Assembly: GCA_965178125.1 (NCBI GenBank)
Contig: OZ237763.1
Span: 620,001 to 684,000 of the forward strand
Direction: 5' to 3'
DNA length: 64,000 bases
Source of the DNA: Bilabrum cf. latius
Taxonomy: Eukaryota
The position numbers and the translations under genes are program-made. This document shows, in pieces, positions 25,891 to 37,292 of the stretch. Under the pieces are notes generated by a model. It did not search any database and was not told the origin of the DNA. It saw only the letters and a program-made list of their open reading frames with translations. How positions within the stretch are numbered: the first letter of the stretch is position 1; the number at the start of each line of letters is the position of its first letter.

Positions 25891-26314
25891 ACGGCAGGAG
25901 TAGGCCCCGTTGAGTTGATTGAGCGGGCTACCTGGTCCGGCCTCCGTTTCCGTGGCCTTCCCTCGGCAGCCCAGGCTATTCAACCGGGTGTATTACTTGG
26001 ATTGACAATATACCATGACGAACAGTCCGCACGCAGTCCACACTGGACTCAGGCTGAGCTGCAAAGCCTGCAAGCTGGCATCCCAGCAAGCAGCCCAAAG
26101 CACGCTTCGAACCATCTTCGCCTTCACGGTGTCTGCGTGCGGGGTTTGTCCTAAAGACTGGCACTCTCTGCCGTAGTGTCCGGGGACCTTCCCGAAGCTT
26201 TTGGTCGGATACACGCTGCGAAACAACCAGCTGCGGCAAGAAGAGCAGCCCGGCGAGGCGATTCAGAGAGAACACGAGGCTCACTCCTCCTCTCCAAGTG
26301 GACCACTCCCGCCT
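25891..26314 (-). ncRNA. RMRP: RNase MRP RNA
   Basis: On the minus strand: CR-I GGGAAGGUCCCCGG (26193-26180); P8 hairpin GGCA-GAGAG-UGCC with GARAR loop (26172-26160); CR-IV-like AGUAAU; CR-V AACUCAACGGGGCCUACU that can form P4 with CR-I; P1 GGCGGGAG/CUCCUGCC; P2 CUUGGA/UCCAAG. Ends approximate. Confidence 0.88.
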
Positions 26315-27214
26315 GAAAAGCTGGAGCAGGCGCGGTACTCACAATTGATACACCACCCTAAAGTGGCGCCCGACAGCTCCACACACCCCTCTGCTGTAAA
26401 GAACGCAACTGAATTCGACCGCACAGGCCACAAATCTGTATTTCAGAAATCAAGGCGCAACAAAGGAATTCTGCGGACTCCACCGGCTGGGAGTTGCTCT
26501 GGGTACCCCACCATTCATTAGGGACAGGGTAAACCTGAAACCAACGTTTCCTATCCACCGCCCGTCGCTGGTGCGGTCGGCGGGCACCTCGGGTTGAACC
26601 ACGGGTACACGAGTTGACGGGGTATGCGTTGGTCTGCAGGCGCGCCTGGGCCCCCTCGAGTAGTCCATTGGCCCCTACATGGGCGTTGGAATCGGAGCAG
26701 GATTTCCCCAGCGCACGATTGCAGCGTCAAGGAAATCGACAGACAGGCTCGCATTCGCCGTGGCAGACGCAAAGGGCCTGTACCGCACCCCCCTCCCGCA
26801 CCCCCGCCAGCGACCTCGCAGCGTCCATCACGTAGTCGCTGGGATCCATCCACTCGCCTAGATCTAGCTTTTTCAGCTCCCAGCCCGTATGTGATGAGTG
26901 ATCCTCCACCAGGAAGGTCCCCGTGGCCCGGTCAGGCGGTCCACGAGCTCACAGGCGGTTCAAGGTGCTCGGTGTGGGTGGGTATGGGTGTGTGGGTGTG
27001 CAGGTGTGGGTGTGCAGGTGTGGGTGGGGATGAGAGTGGCCATCCTCGTACCAGGAAATCTTTGGTTCTATCTATTTTTCATTTGAGGCTTTGCCTAGCG
27101 CCTCGAAGGTGGTAAGGGCATCGACCCCTTGGGCAGCAGGACCCGTGCCCGTGGCTTATCAGCCAACGCCCGTCGACCTTGGCCACCTTCTGGTCTGACC
27201 GGCGGATCAAGCGA

Positions 27215-28439
27215 TCAAGCGTCCTTCTGCTTCTTGTTGCCACTCTTATCTGCCTTCGCCCTAGCCCTTGCCTGCTTCTTCTGCTCCCTCCGTTCTCTCA
27301 TTTCCCTCCACTTGTCCTGCCAGAGGGCCTCCCTCGCTTCCTCGTCCACTGCCGCCTCCACCTTCATCAGGAACGTGGCCTCCTTGCTGTCCCGCTTAAA
27401 CCGGCTCCACAGGTCCAGATGCAGCACGAGATTCAGGTAAGTGAAACCGCTGAACGCCACGCCGCCCATCCACCCAAGGGCCTCAGGGGCCCCATGGGAG
27501 GCCAGCACGGGCTTCCACGTCGAGCTCAGGAAGAGCCCGCTGTAAGCCATGATTCCATGGGCGGCGTACCTGGTGAAAATGTACGTGATGGCGATGGTGA
27601 GCCAGATGAACTTGGGCAGGAAGTGTCCGAGGTGCCACCTGTGCGTGGACATGAGCCACCAGAGGTGCATGAAGCTGGACTGCAGCTCGCAGGCCAGGCC
27701 CATGGCAAGGTAGGGCATGGCCACGTCGTAGTATAGCATCAGGGAGACACCCGTAGACATGCAGATGTGGTGCACCAGGATGGGCACCTTCACAGGCGCG
27801 TATCCGTGGTAGACCGTGTGCCACGTGTCGATGGCGAGGTAGCCCAGCGTGACCGCTGCCGAGAGGGCCACGATGGGACACAGCTTGCTGCTGCCGTAGA
27901 ACTCCGGCTGCCAGAACTCGAGGAGCAGCTTTGGGTGCATGGAATACGCAGCAACCGTGAGGCTGCCGGAGATCACCGCGTGCATGAAGCTGCCGAGCGT
28001 GTTTACAGCTGCGAGGCGATGTGTGCCATTGAGGTGGACGACTGCCGGTTCATGGGTAGCTGACAAGTCATCAATCCGCGGTAGGACACAAAGGCGAGCA
28101 TGTAACAACATACCTCTGTAGTGCATGCTCTTGCTGCCGCCTTTATCCTCGTCAATCAAATCGAGCCACAGCTGCTTGCCCATGGTGTACTGGAGCACGG
28201 TATCGCCCACCAAGCTGCACGCTCCGTGCGCCTGCAAAAATAATATTTGAATAGCAAACTCGTAACTTTGACTACGTATACAGCCTTCTCAGTCCGGTAG
28301 TAAGTCTGAAATATCTCACTATGAGTGAAGCTAGAACAACCCAGCCGTACTGGCTGTAGAGTGTGCTAGTTGTCGAAGCCCACCCCAGGGCGCCGAGGGC
28401 GGCCAGCAAAAACACACCTCCAACGACTTTCCAAAACAT
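27215..28439 (-). CDS. TLC (TRAM/LAG1/CLN8) domain membrane protein; introns 28232-28319, 28009-28113
   Basis: [34 protein letters not shown] motifs; multiple TM helices; charged tail; TGA stop. Confidence 0.8.
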
Positions 28440-28604
28440 GTTCCTATGTTTAAGCTCTATCTAACCGATATTCCCGACATTTCCCGGCCGTTGGTTTGGA
28501 AAATGTGTGACGAATGCTCCCGAGTTGTTGACTGGCTGCCGCATCACACCATTTATACCTGGCAACCAGAACTCTACCTCAGATTTATAGCTTCAGTCGA
28601 AATA

Positions 28605-30368
28605 ATGGGTGTTACACTATCCAGTGGGCGCGATGAACGAGGGTCAGCCGACCAGGTGACTGCCAAGGCAGCAGGTGATTCCCAGGCTCAACAGGTTACT
28701 TGGATCGCCCCCAACAATATCGCGGTGATCAAGTATTGGGGCAAGCGAGACACTGGCTTGAATTTACCTATTAACTCCTCTGTTTCGTGCACGCTTGATA
28801 CCGCGGATCTCCGTGCAAAAACGACCGTGACGCTTGCTCAGCATCTGACCGAGGATCGGCTATGGCTAAACGGCACCGAAGAGTCCGTTTCCTAGAACAA
28901 GCGCATTCTTGCCGTGCTACGGCTAGTCCGCGAGATTGCAAAGGAGCAAGGTGGAGCTGCTGCGGCATGCGCCGACTGGAAGGCGCACATCGTGTCTGCA
29001 AACTCCTTCCCTACGGCAGCCGGCCTCGCTTCCTCTGCCGCTGGATACGCATGCCTGACCGCCGCAATCGCGGACGCCCACGGCCTCGTCAGCGAGTCGC
29101 GCGCTCGGGGCATGGTGGACGGTGTAGGCAAGCCCACGGGCTCCGAAGACCCCGCACAGACCGCGCTGTGGGAGCGTCTCACGGCTGTCGCACGGCAGGG
29201 CAGCGGGAGCGCCAGCCGGTCCCTTTACGGTGGCTTCGTGCGCTGGTCCATGGGCGAGAAGGACGACGGCTCCGATAGCATGGCGCAGCAGGTGTGTCCC
29301 GCTTCGCACTGGCCCGAGATGCGGGTGGTCGTGCTCGTGGTCTCTGACAAGAAGAAGGAAACCGGTTCGACGGCGGGCATGCAGAGATCGGTCCTTACCA
29401 GCCCGCTCCTGGCGGTGAGTCGTTGCCGGCAATTCGCGTGCAGTTTCATTTTTATTGCGATGAATGCTGGCCAGCATGCATGCATGCGTGGCTTCCTCCT
29501 TGAGAGCGCCCGTGACCGCTTCCTTGTCGATTGAGCCGCACCTTTGACCCCTTTGATCGAGGCTCCATGCTGGGCAGTAGACCATGGAAGACCTCCTCAC
29601 TCCTCCTCCGTTCCTCCCTCTCTTGCACTTGCAATTGGTGTTTCCCTGCCTCTTGATCCGGACCTGACCTCGCAGCACCGTGCCAGCAAAGTGGTCCCCG
29701 ACCGCCTCAAGGACCTCGAGGCTGCCTACGCCGCCCGCGATTTCGAGACCTTCGCGAAGCTGACCATGCAGGACTCGAACCAGTTCCATGCAACGTGCCT
29801 CGACACGTACCCCCCCGTTTTCTACATGAACGACGTCTCCAGGAGGGTCGTCGCTGCCGTGCACAAGCTGAATGAGGCATGCGGGCGTGCAGTGGCTGCC
29901 TACACCTTCGACGCCGGCCCGAACGCGGTCCTCTACACGTTGGACAAGGACGTGCCGACCGTGCTGGCCGCCATGCTGTCAAGGTTTCCCCCTGCGGTGG
30001 GCGTGGGACTGAAGGAGTTCGTGAGCAAGCCGGAGGCAGCTGAGGCGGCCCTGGCCCAGGCCAACGAGCTGGTGCCGCGCGAGGCCATGCCGGTGGCAGG
30101 TGCCGAGGAGGAGCGTGGCTGCGTGTCTTACGTGTACCTAACGGGCGTGGGGGGTGGCCCGCAGCGGCTGCCAGCAGAGAGCAAAGCGGCGCTGGCCGAT
30201 GCTGTCGGGATGCCCAAGGCTGGAGGAGCTTGCCTCGATGCCGGAGTCGGCGAGGCCGGGGCCGGGGCGGCTGGAGAGGAGCTGGGGTACGGCGCCAAGG
30301 CAGGCCGGGCGCTGATGGCAGCGGTGGGTGGGGTTGCCCTGCTGTCAGCGCTTGTGGGAGGTTTCTGA
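28605..30368 (+). CDS. MVD: Diphosphomevalonate decarboxylase; intron 29415-29675; in-frame TAG at 28893
   Basis: [79 protein letters not shown] stop. Confidence 0.95.
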
Positions 30369-30730
30369 GCGCAGCTTCAAAGGACGAAAAGCTTTAAGTA
30401 TTTGGTGTGGTGTGAGCTCCGGCGAGTGGAGGATTGCTGCCTTACTGCAGCGGTCTTTATCTGCTGCTGCTGCCCCCTGCGCCTGTGCTGGGGACTCCTT
30501 GGGCGGCCCCGTGTGTCGGTTGATGGATGGCGCTTGCTGCGCGATGGCTCAGGAGAGCTGATGGGTGCGACTCGATGGTCTGAGCTGATCCGAGTGAGCG
30601 TGCTGGGTCGTCTGGGCTTACATGGGTGAGGTGGTGCTCCCATTGTCCCTTGATCTTTGGGTTCCTGAGTTAATCTATTCGACACAAGCGGAACTCTTTT
30701 GGCCGTGAATCTCGCACTCAAGCCACCCCC

Positions 30731-32812
30731 TCACTGCCTGTGTGAGCCAGCCTCCGCCTTGCCTTCAGCTGCACCAACCTTGCCTTCAGCTGCACCAACA
30801 CTGGCAGGCGCATTCCCAGCCACTGTCAAGTCCAGCAGGCCAGACGCCTTCAGCTCATCCGTCCACTCCTCTCCCAGCCTAGCCCGGATGCCCTCCAGCA
30901 GTCTTCCCGCGAACCGCGCTCCGAAACGAACCGACGAGCCTAGCCTGCCCCCCTCCGCCACGAGACCTACCGTCCTCGCTGCCGCTTCTAGAGACGAAGG
31001 CACCGACACGGCCCAGTCGCCCTGGCAGCGAACCAGGGCGTCCACTGCGGCATCTACGACGTCACACGCTGCGCTCTCTGCAGCGGCGTGCAGGGGACCC
31101 ATCGAGGCTGTGTCCCGTTGCTCCCTAGGGCTCGACGTTGGCGGATCAGCACCGGGTGTTCCACGCACCGCAGCCGCGCCAACGCCCGCGTTCAATTCAC
31201 CGGGAATCAGATCGACCTCCCTATCTTGTGTTTCGGGTCTGGGAGCGGAGCCGAACCCAGGCGGGAAGTACATGGCGCCTGCCAGTGCGCCCATCAGTAC
31301 GTGGGTGGCGTGCCCGGCCTCTGCACCCGCCTCGTCGCCGTATCCCAGAGCCTCTGCAGCAGCGGCTTCCAGAGCTCCGTCGAGGCTCAGCGATGCAACT
31401 CCCGAGGTGAACTCGATGAACCAGCCGTGGGCATCGCTGGCCGTGCCCTGCCCTTGCACTGCAGTGTAGTCAGCTGGTGCCCAAAGCCTCCTCTCAAACA
31501 CAGCAGGCTGCTTGCTACCTTTGCCGCCTCCAGCACCAGCACTGTCACCTTCCTCGCTAATTTCAATGCCTCTAGCCTTCGTTGCAGCTTTCTTGAGCCC
31601 ATTGGATCCCGCCAGGTGTCCCTACACCTCCCCAAGCCCCTCGCAGCCGCGCACATCCACCGTGTAGTAGTCCAGCTGGCGGGGTGTGGGTAAGGGCGAG
31701 GGTGAGGCAGCGCGGCCAGGATCCACGGCCGTGCAAGTTTGGCCGTGATGGCCAGTCCCACTTGCAGATGGGTCTATACCTTCACTTTGGTCGCCGCGAT
31801 CGTGCGGAACAGACACAGGCGCATGCCCGAGTCCAGGTTCAGGTCCGATTTGAAGTCGAGGTCCAGAAGCATCGACGTGGGCATTGGCATCGACATCGAC
31901 TTCGACATGTTTGGCATCGACGTCCCTCACCTCGCGATAGAAGGCCCCAAGTGGGTACAAGGCGCAAGTGCCAGGCATGGCATCAGGGCCCAAGGAGCAT
32001 GTGAGTCTACCCTGGGAATTATTACCGCCTGTGGCGTTGTGGGGGACCGAAAAGACGCATCGTACTGCTGCATCGGGCGTTTCGCTGGTTCCGATCCCGC
32101 CGCCGCCGGCAGTCGCCTCTATCGTCCGGAGTGAGAGAAAAGGCGCCATGCCTCCGAACGATGCCTCGCTCTTAGACGCTACACCGTCTTTAGATTGTCT
32201 GTGCCTGCGAACTCTGCCGCGCAGCCGTGTCACGGGGCCCGAGCTGGCTTCGTTGCCCGACAGAGGAGGCGCGCGCTCGCTGCTCTGACTGGGGTTCAGC
32301 GCTGCGGCTGATTCATGCAACGCGCGGGCAGTTCTGCCAAACTCCTACCGATATGCCTAGGGCAGAGCCATCCATGCCTTAAGCAGCCGCTGCGAGCTGG
32401 ATCTCGAGGGCCTACAATTCCCCTGCAGAGATGATGTGTCTCGTAGGAAATGATGTAGGTGCCTGTGTGGCTCCAATGCTTTCGATGTGAACATTCCCAG
32501 CCGCATGGCAAACAACACGCCAGCGGATTCCAGCTAGCAAGTGCCATGAGCTGCTATTCTGTCGGTATCAAGTGGAGAGAGCTGCACAGTTTCGGCAGCA
32601 GATCTGCAGCACTTCCCACAAGCCGTGCATCCAAAATTAAACCGCATGGACGGCTCATGATTGGAAACTATAGGCGTTTTCCCACTGGACACTTGATCAT
32701 GGCCCTATCCGAATCTAAGAGGAACCTGGCGTTGTTTTCGTCGCTGGCTACGAAGGAATGCTGCTACTTCACGGGCACTCAACAAGAGACGACGGCGAGA
32801 TTTAGATGCCAT
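30731..32812 (-). CDS. YkgJ/CxxCxxCC-type cysteine-cluster (putative Zn/Fe-chelating) protein; in-frame TAG at 32705, 32534, 32357, 32345, 31622
   Basis: With readthrough, one frame from ATG 32812 contains FNFGCTACGKCCR, then CVF...TCSL....PGTCALYPLG and GCEGLG. Arg-rich N-terminus. TGA stop. Confidence 0.72.
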
Positions 32813-32936
32813 TAGTGCCAATTATTGTACCTGAGCACAATACATTGCAGCGGAACCGCAATGATCTTCAGTATGGTGGATGTTCTGCCCCAAAGTAATT
32901 TGAATTGAGAGTGAGAACCAAACACACCAACCACAA

Positions 32937-35900
32937 TTACTAAGGCACGTCCATGTCGCTCAATCTCCCTAGTACCTCCTCGATCACTGCCTTGCGCACT
33001 GGCTTCGTCAGCACCTCCTGCGCCCCGCAATCCACGAACCACCGCTGGTCCTCAGCCAGTGCATTCCCCGTCACGCCCACCACTGGCACCCGAGCGATGC
33101 ACCTGCGCCTGTCCCCTCGCATGGCCGCCACCATCTCGGGGCCCGTCATGCGCGGCATGGAAAAGTCAAGCAGCACCAGGTCGCAAGCCAAGCCCTCTCC
33201 CTTCTTCTCTCCTCGCCCCTTGCCTACCTCGTCAGCCAGGATCTGCAGAGCCCTCAGCCCGTCCTCGCCGTCCTCAGCCGCGAGCACGCGCACGTCTCCC
33301 AGACACGCCCTAACCAGTCGCTGCATGAACACCCTGTTAGTGCGGCTGTCGTCCACCACCAGGATGGTCCGTCTAGGGGAAGCAGCAGCGGGTGCCTCTG
33401 TGCCCAGAGCGGGTGCTGCTCGGCTCGTGCTGCTGGTGGTAGTGGCGGCAGCAGGCCCGTCCAATGTGCCTCCACCAAGCTTCACTTTGCGTTTACGTAC
33501 CACTCTTCGCTTCTTACTACTGATACTGTTGTCGTTGTTGCTACTCGTATCCTGCTCTGCACCGGATGCCACCCCAGTCCGTGCGTCGGTGATCTAGAGC
33601 CCAATACCGTTCGCCTGGTGGTCACCAGCCTGGAGTTCACTGGTCTTCCCTGCTGCGGCTGCAGCTGCGCCGCCACCACCGTAACCAATGTCACCATCAC
33701 GACCGGCGCCTTCTTGGATGAAGCGGTCCTGCAGACCCTCCCCATCAGATCCATGCTTCCCTCCACCATCCAGCGGTCGCGTCTCGCACTGCAGCCACAA
33801 GTAGAATATGCTGCCCACACCATACACGGAGGAAAAGCCCACGCAACCGCCGTGCAGCTTCAGCACAGATGCCGTGATGGCCAGTCCCAGCCCCGCCCCC
33901 TGTCCCTCTGCCGTCAGCACGCCCGAGTGCAGCGTCTCGAAGGGGGTGAAGACCTTGCCCCAGTCCTGGTGCTAGATCCCCGGACCCTCGTCAAATGCCC
34001 ACAGGCACAGCCCTAGCCGCTCGCCCGCCCCTTCGCCACAAGCATGGATCGACGACTCGGGGCCAGATCGGGGCATACCCAATGTCTCCGTCGCGTCCAG
34101 CCCTGCCTCCACCCAGGCCAGCGACTGTCTCCGTACCTCCGCTGCGTGCAGCTGCCGGTGATGCCGACACGTGTCTGTCGCCGAGTAACCCGTACCACAT
34201 GCGTCACCCTTGCCATCCGACTCCACCCGGAACTCGCAACGATCATGCATGCTATTTGCCGCCGGGCCGTCAGACTGCTCTTGCTCGATGCCGCCAGCGC
34301 TCCTATCACCCACCACACCGCCAAGAGCCACGCGCCGCAGCTTGTCACACAGCGAGACCGAAAGCTCCAGCCTCGCGCGTTCCCAGTCCTCCTTCCGCCA
34401 CAGGTACGGCGGGCAGGACGATGCGCCCAGCAGCACACGAGGCCGCGCCGACGACATGCCTGATGCTGCAGGTGCGTCCGCCAGCCGATGCACCAATCGC
34501 TCGTGCGGCCGTGACCACTTCAATGCGTTCGATGTGAAGTTGTACAGTGCCCCGCGCAGCCGAACGGCATCACACATCACCTGCATGCGATCCAGTCCCC
34601 GGCCACTGTGCAGCACCAGATCCACGCCCATTCCGTCCGCCTGCGACTGGAACGTCCGTCGGGTATCTGTCAGGATGGACGGCAGCAGGCGCACCCACCG
34701 CTTGTCGATCTGGAAGCGCCCCGACTCGATGTGTTCCATGTCCAGGATGTCATTCAGCGTGGTCTGCATGGACTCCGCGGCGGCCTCCAGCGAGGGCATC
34801 GTCTCGGCCAATGTCTCTGCGGCCTCACGTACATCTGCATGCCCGTCCTCGCCGGAGCTTGCAGCAGAGACAGGCAACCCATCGCAGGCGCCCTCTTGAA
34901 TGGCTTGCCTGGCCAGCTTGGTGGCTTCCTGGCAGAAGTCTAGCCCGATGGCCATGGAGTTCAGAGGCACCCTGCACTCGTGCGAGAGAAACCGCAGCCT
35001 GGACTGCAGGGCGGCCTTCTGCCTGAAGGCTTGCTGCATGGCCTGCTGCAGAGAGGTGGAGGTCTGTGACAGCTAGAATATCATCAGCAGAATGATCATG
35101 CGCAGGAAGAGCTGTGTCGTTCGTTCTATGACGTAGCGAAGAGCAAATGACTGAGACGCCTTCGGCCACTCCACAGTGAACAGGTCCGGCGTGGATACGT
35201 CTTGCAGCTCCTCGGCACAAGGAAAAACAGCCTCGATTCCCGTGAGTCTGGCGTATGCACACGGGCACAGATCGTACGTGTTTGGCTAGTACGTAATAAG
35301 AAAGTTCGAGATGCCCATTGGGGCTAGCCCAAGCAGGATTAGGGCCAACTTCCACACGAATGCCAGAACCTCGGCTTGGTCTACGATCGGAGACAGGCTC
35401 TCTGGGCTGTCGGCGGAGTCTGCAGTGGTGCCATCGGTAAGGTGCTTGGATTCACCACTAGCCAATTGGTCCTGTATAGCGAAAGAGCTGCGACGTCTAG
35501 CTGAACACACCGAGGTCCGAAGCACTAGCGACGGTGGTGTGCAGGATGAGACCGCAGCCGCAACAACCGAATCCACCCAACGGCCACAGCCGAATGGCAT
35601 ATCCTGTTGCATGTGGCTGTATTCGAGCCTGCCAGATAATCTATGGTGGCTTGTATTCGAAGTATTTGCGGCAGACGCAGTAGAACTGCAGGCTTGACCC
35701 GCGAAGAAGTCGTCAACTTGGTGCAAGCACGAGTAGTACCGGCTTGTACATGAGCTGCTGGGCCCTGTGTCACTGACCAGTAAGCCTTGCATGAGGTCGT
35801 ACTTTTGCTATGCCTCTTTCTGTGTCGCGTCCATCCCTGTCACAGGCGTAAATATGAATGTTGCGAAAGCTATCGCACTTGCTACTGTGTGAGCTACACC

Positions 35901-37292
35901 GAACAGGGCGAAGAGCCAGGCCCACGCAACCGAGCCAGCAGAGACTGCCATGCCATCCTGAATTGCATCCACGCCTACATCCGCAGGAATAGCAACTGTA
36001 GTTGTATTGTCACTCGGGACATGCCAGGGCCAGGTGTCCCTGCTGCCAGCGAAAGAGGTATGGTTGGAGTCCGACCGAGAGGCGGCCGCTTGCGCTAGGG
36101 CAGCCTCTGCATGTGCCACCTCGAGCAGGCAAACTGTGGGCAAGTCTGCGGTCAGTACTTGATTGGAAAGTGCTGCCTGCATAGATACTCCAAAGATCTG
36201 CATGAACCTGGACCGTTCCCCGGGGTTGGTGAACCTATCTGACTAGATGGCCGCCAAGGCTTGTTGCCCGCTGATGCCACCGTCGGTGGACCCAAATACG
36301 TCAGCGGCACGACCCATGGACAGCAACCAGAGGGGCTAACCGTCGTGACCCCTCCAGTAAAGTGGAACGCTTCCACCTTGCTCCCAGTCCGGCGCTATCG
36401 CTGCATCGCTGCCGTTCCTGGCAGCAGCTGCCTGCCATTCGGACAGTGCAGATCGACCGCCTGACACGGCCGATAGCAGTGCATTACGGTTCAGCACCCA
36501 CCCCGCTCCACATAATCCCAGGTATCCCCAGTAGACGACAGAAAACCCCCCTAGAATGACGCAGGTCCTGCAGGACTTGGACTTGATCTCGTGGGCTGGG
36601 TGCCGCGACACAGACCCCCCCACTAGCACCAGCGACACATATGACAGAAACAAGAAGGTTGCTATCACCCAGGTCTCTCCGGTGGACATTAAGATAATAT
36701 TATCTGCCGTGAATGCTGCTCGAATATCTAGAACCGACATTTCGTTCGACAGACGCCCGAGCAGCGCAAGTGATGTGGACCAGATGGTGGACGGATGCAT
36801 TCCAAACAGCAAAGCGGAACCAGATCTCAACTCTCCACCAGTCTGCATCGGTGGGATATGAACGAACTGAAAGTCTGCGATCAGTATCCCTGAGGCAAGC
36901 AACAGCAGCCATGCATGCGCAACCCCTTGCGACCAAACAAATCCTCTCAAGGTTGCGATGCACACATTCATCGCTGCAAGGAAGAAAACCAGCACAATAA
37001 CTATAAAGTATATATCTCCCATTGATCCGAGTGAGCTTTGCGCCGCAGCAATAATATTGACCTGCCCGCGACTCCCTGGAGGGACAGGCATTTGCAGCTG
37101 CTAAAGCAGCATTGTCGTTGAAGAGCCGACATCAAATACACGTTCACCCCCGTGAACGTCTTGTAAAATCACAATTGCAAGTACTGTCACACAAAATACT
37201 GTGACGCTGATAACTGTGCTGCTGCATATCAATGGATGCGTACCTGCATCGCTGATTCCTTGCTTGCCATCTGATCGCTGTTTATCTATCAT
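32937..37292 (-). CDS. Membrane-bound hybrid histidine kinase, copy A; TAG at 37101, 36336, 36243, 35808, 35286, 35073, 33972, 33594, 32940; TAA stop
   Basis: Multi-TM N-terminus; H box FLSHECRVPLN; N box NFTSNALK; G1 DEGPGI; F box VFTPF; G2 GAGLGLAI; receiver ILVVDD..LLDFSMPRMTG..TGNA..KP. Confidence 0.88.

Noticed and set aside
25867-26226. Short ORFs in this interval (including a Myb-like WTQAEL fragment)
   Set aside because: They overlap the much better supported RNase MRP RNA.
26912-26923. Second GGAAGGTCCCCG (MRP CR-I-like) on the plus strand
   Set aside because: No GARAR hairpin or matching CR-V follows; probably chance.
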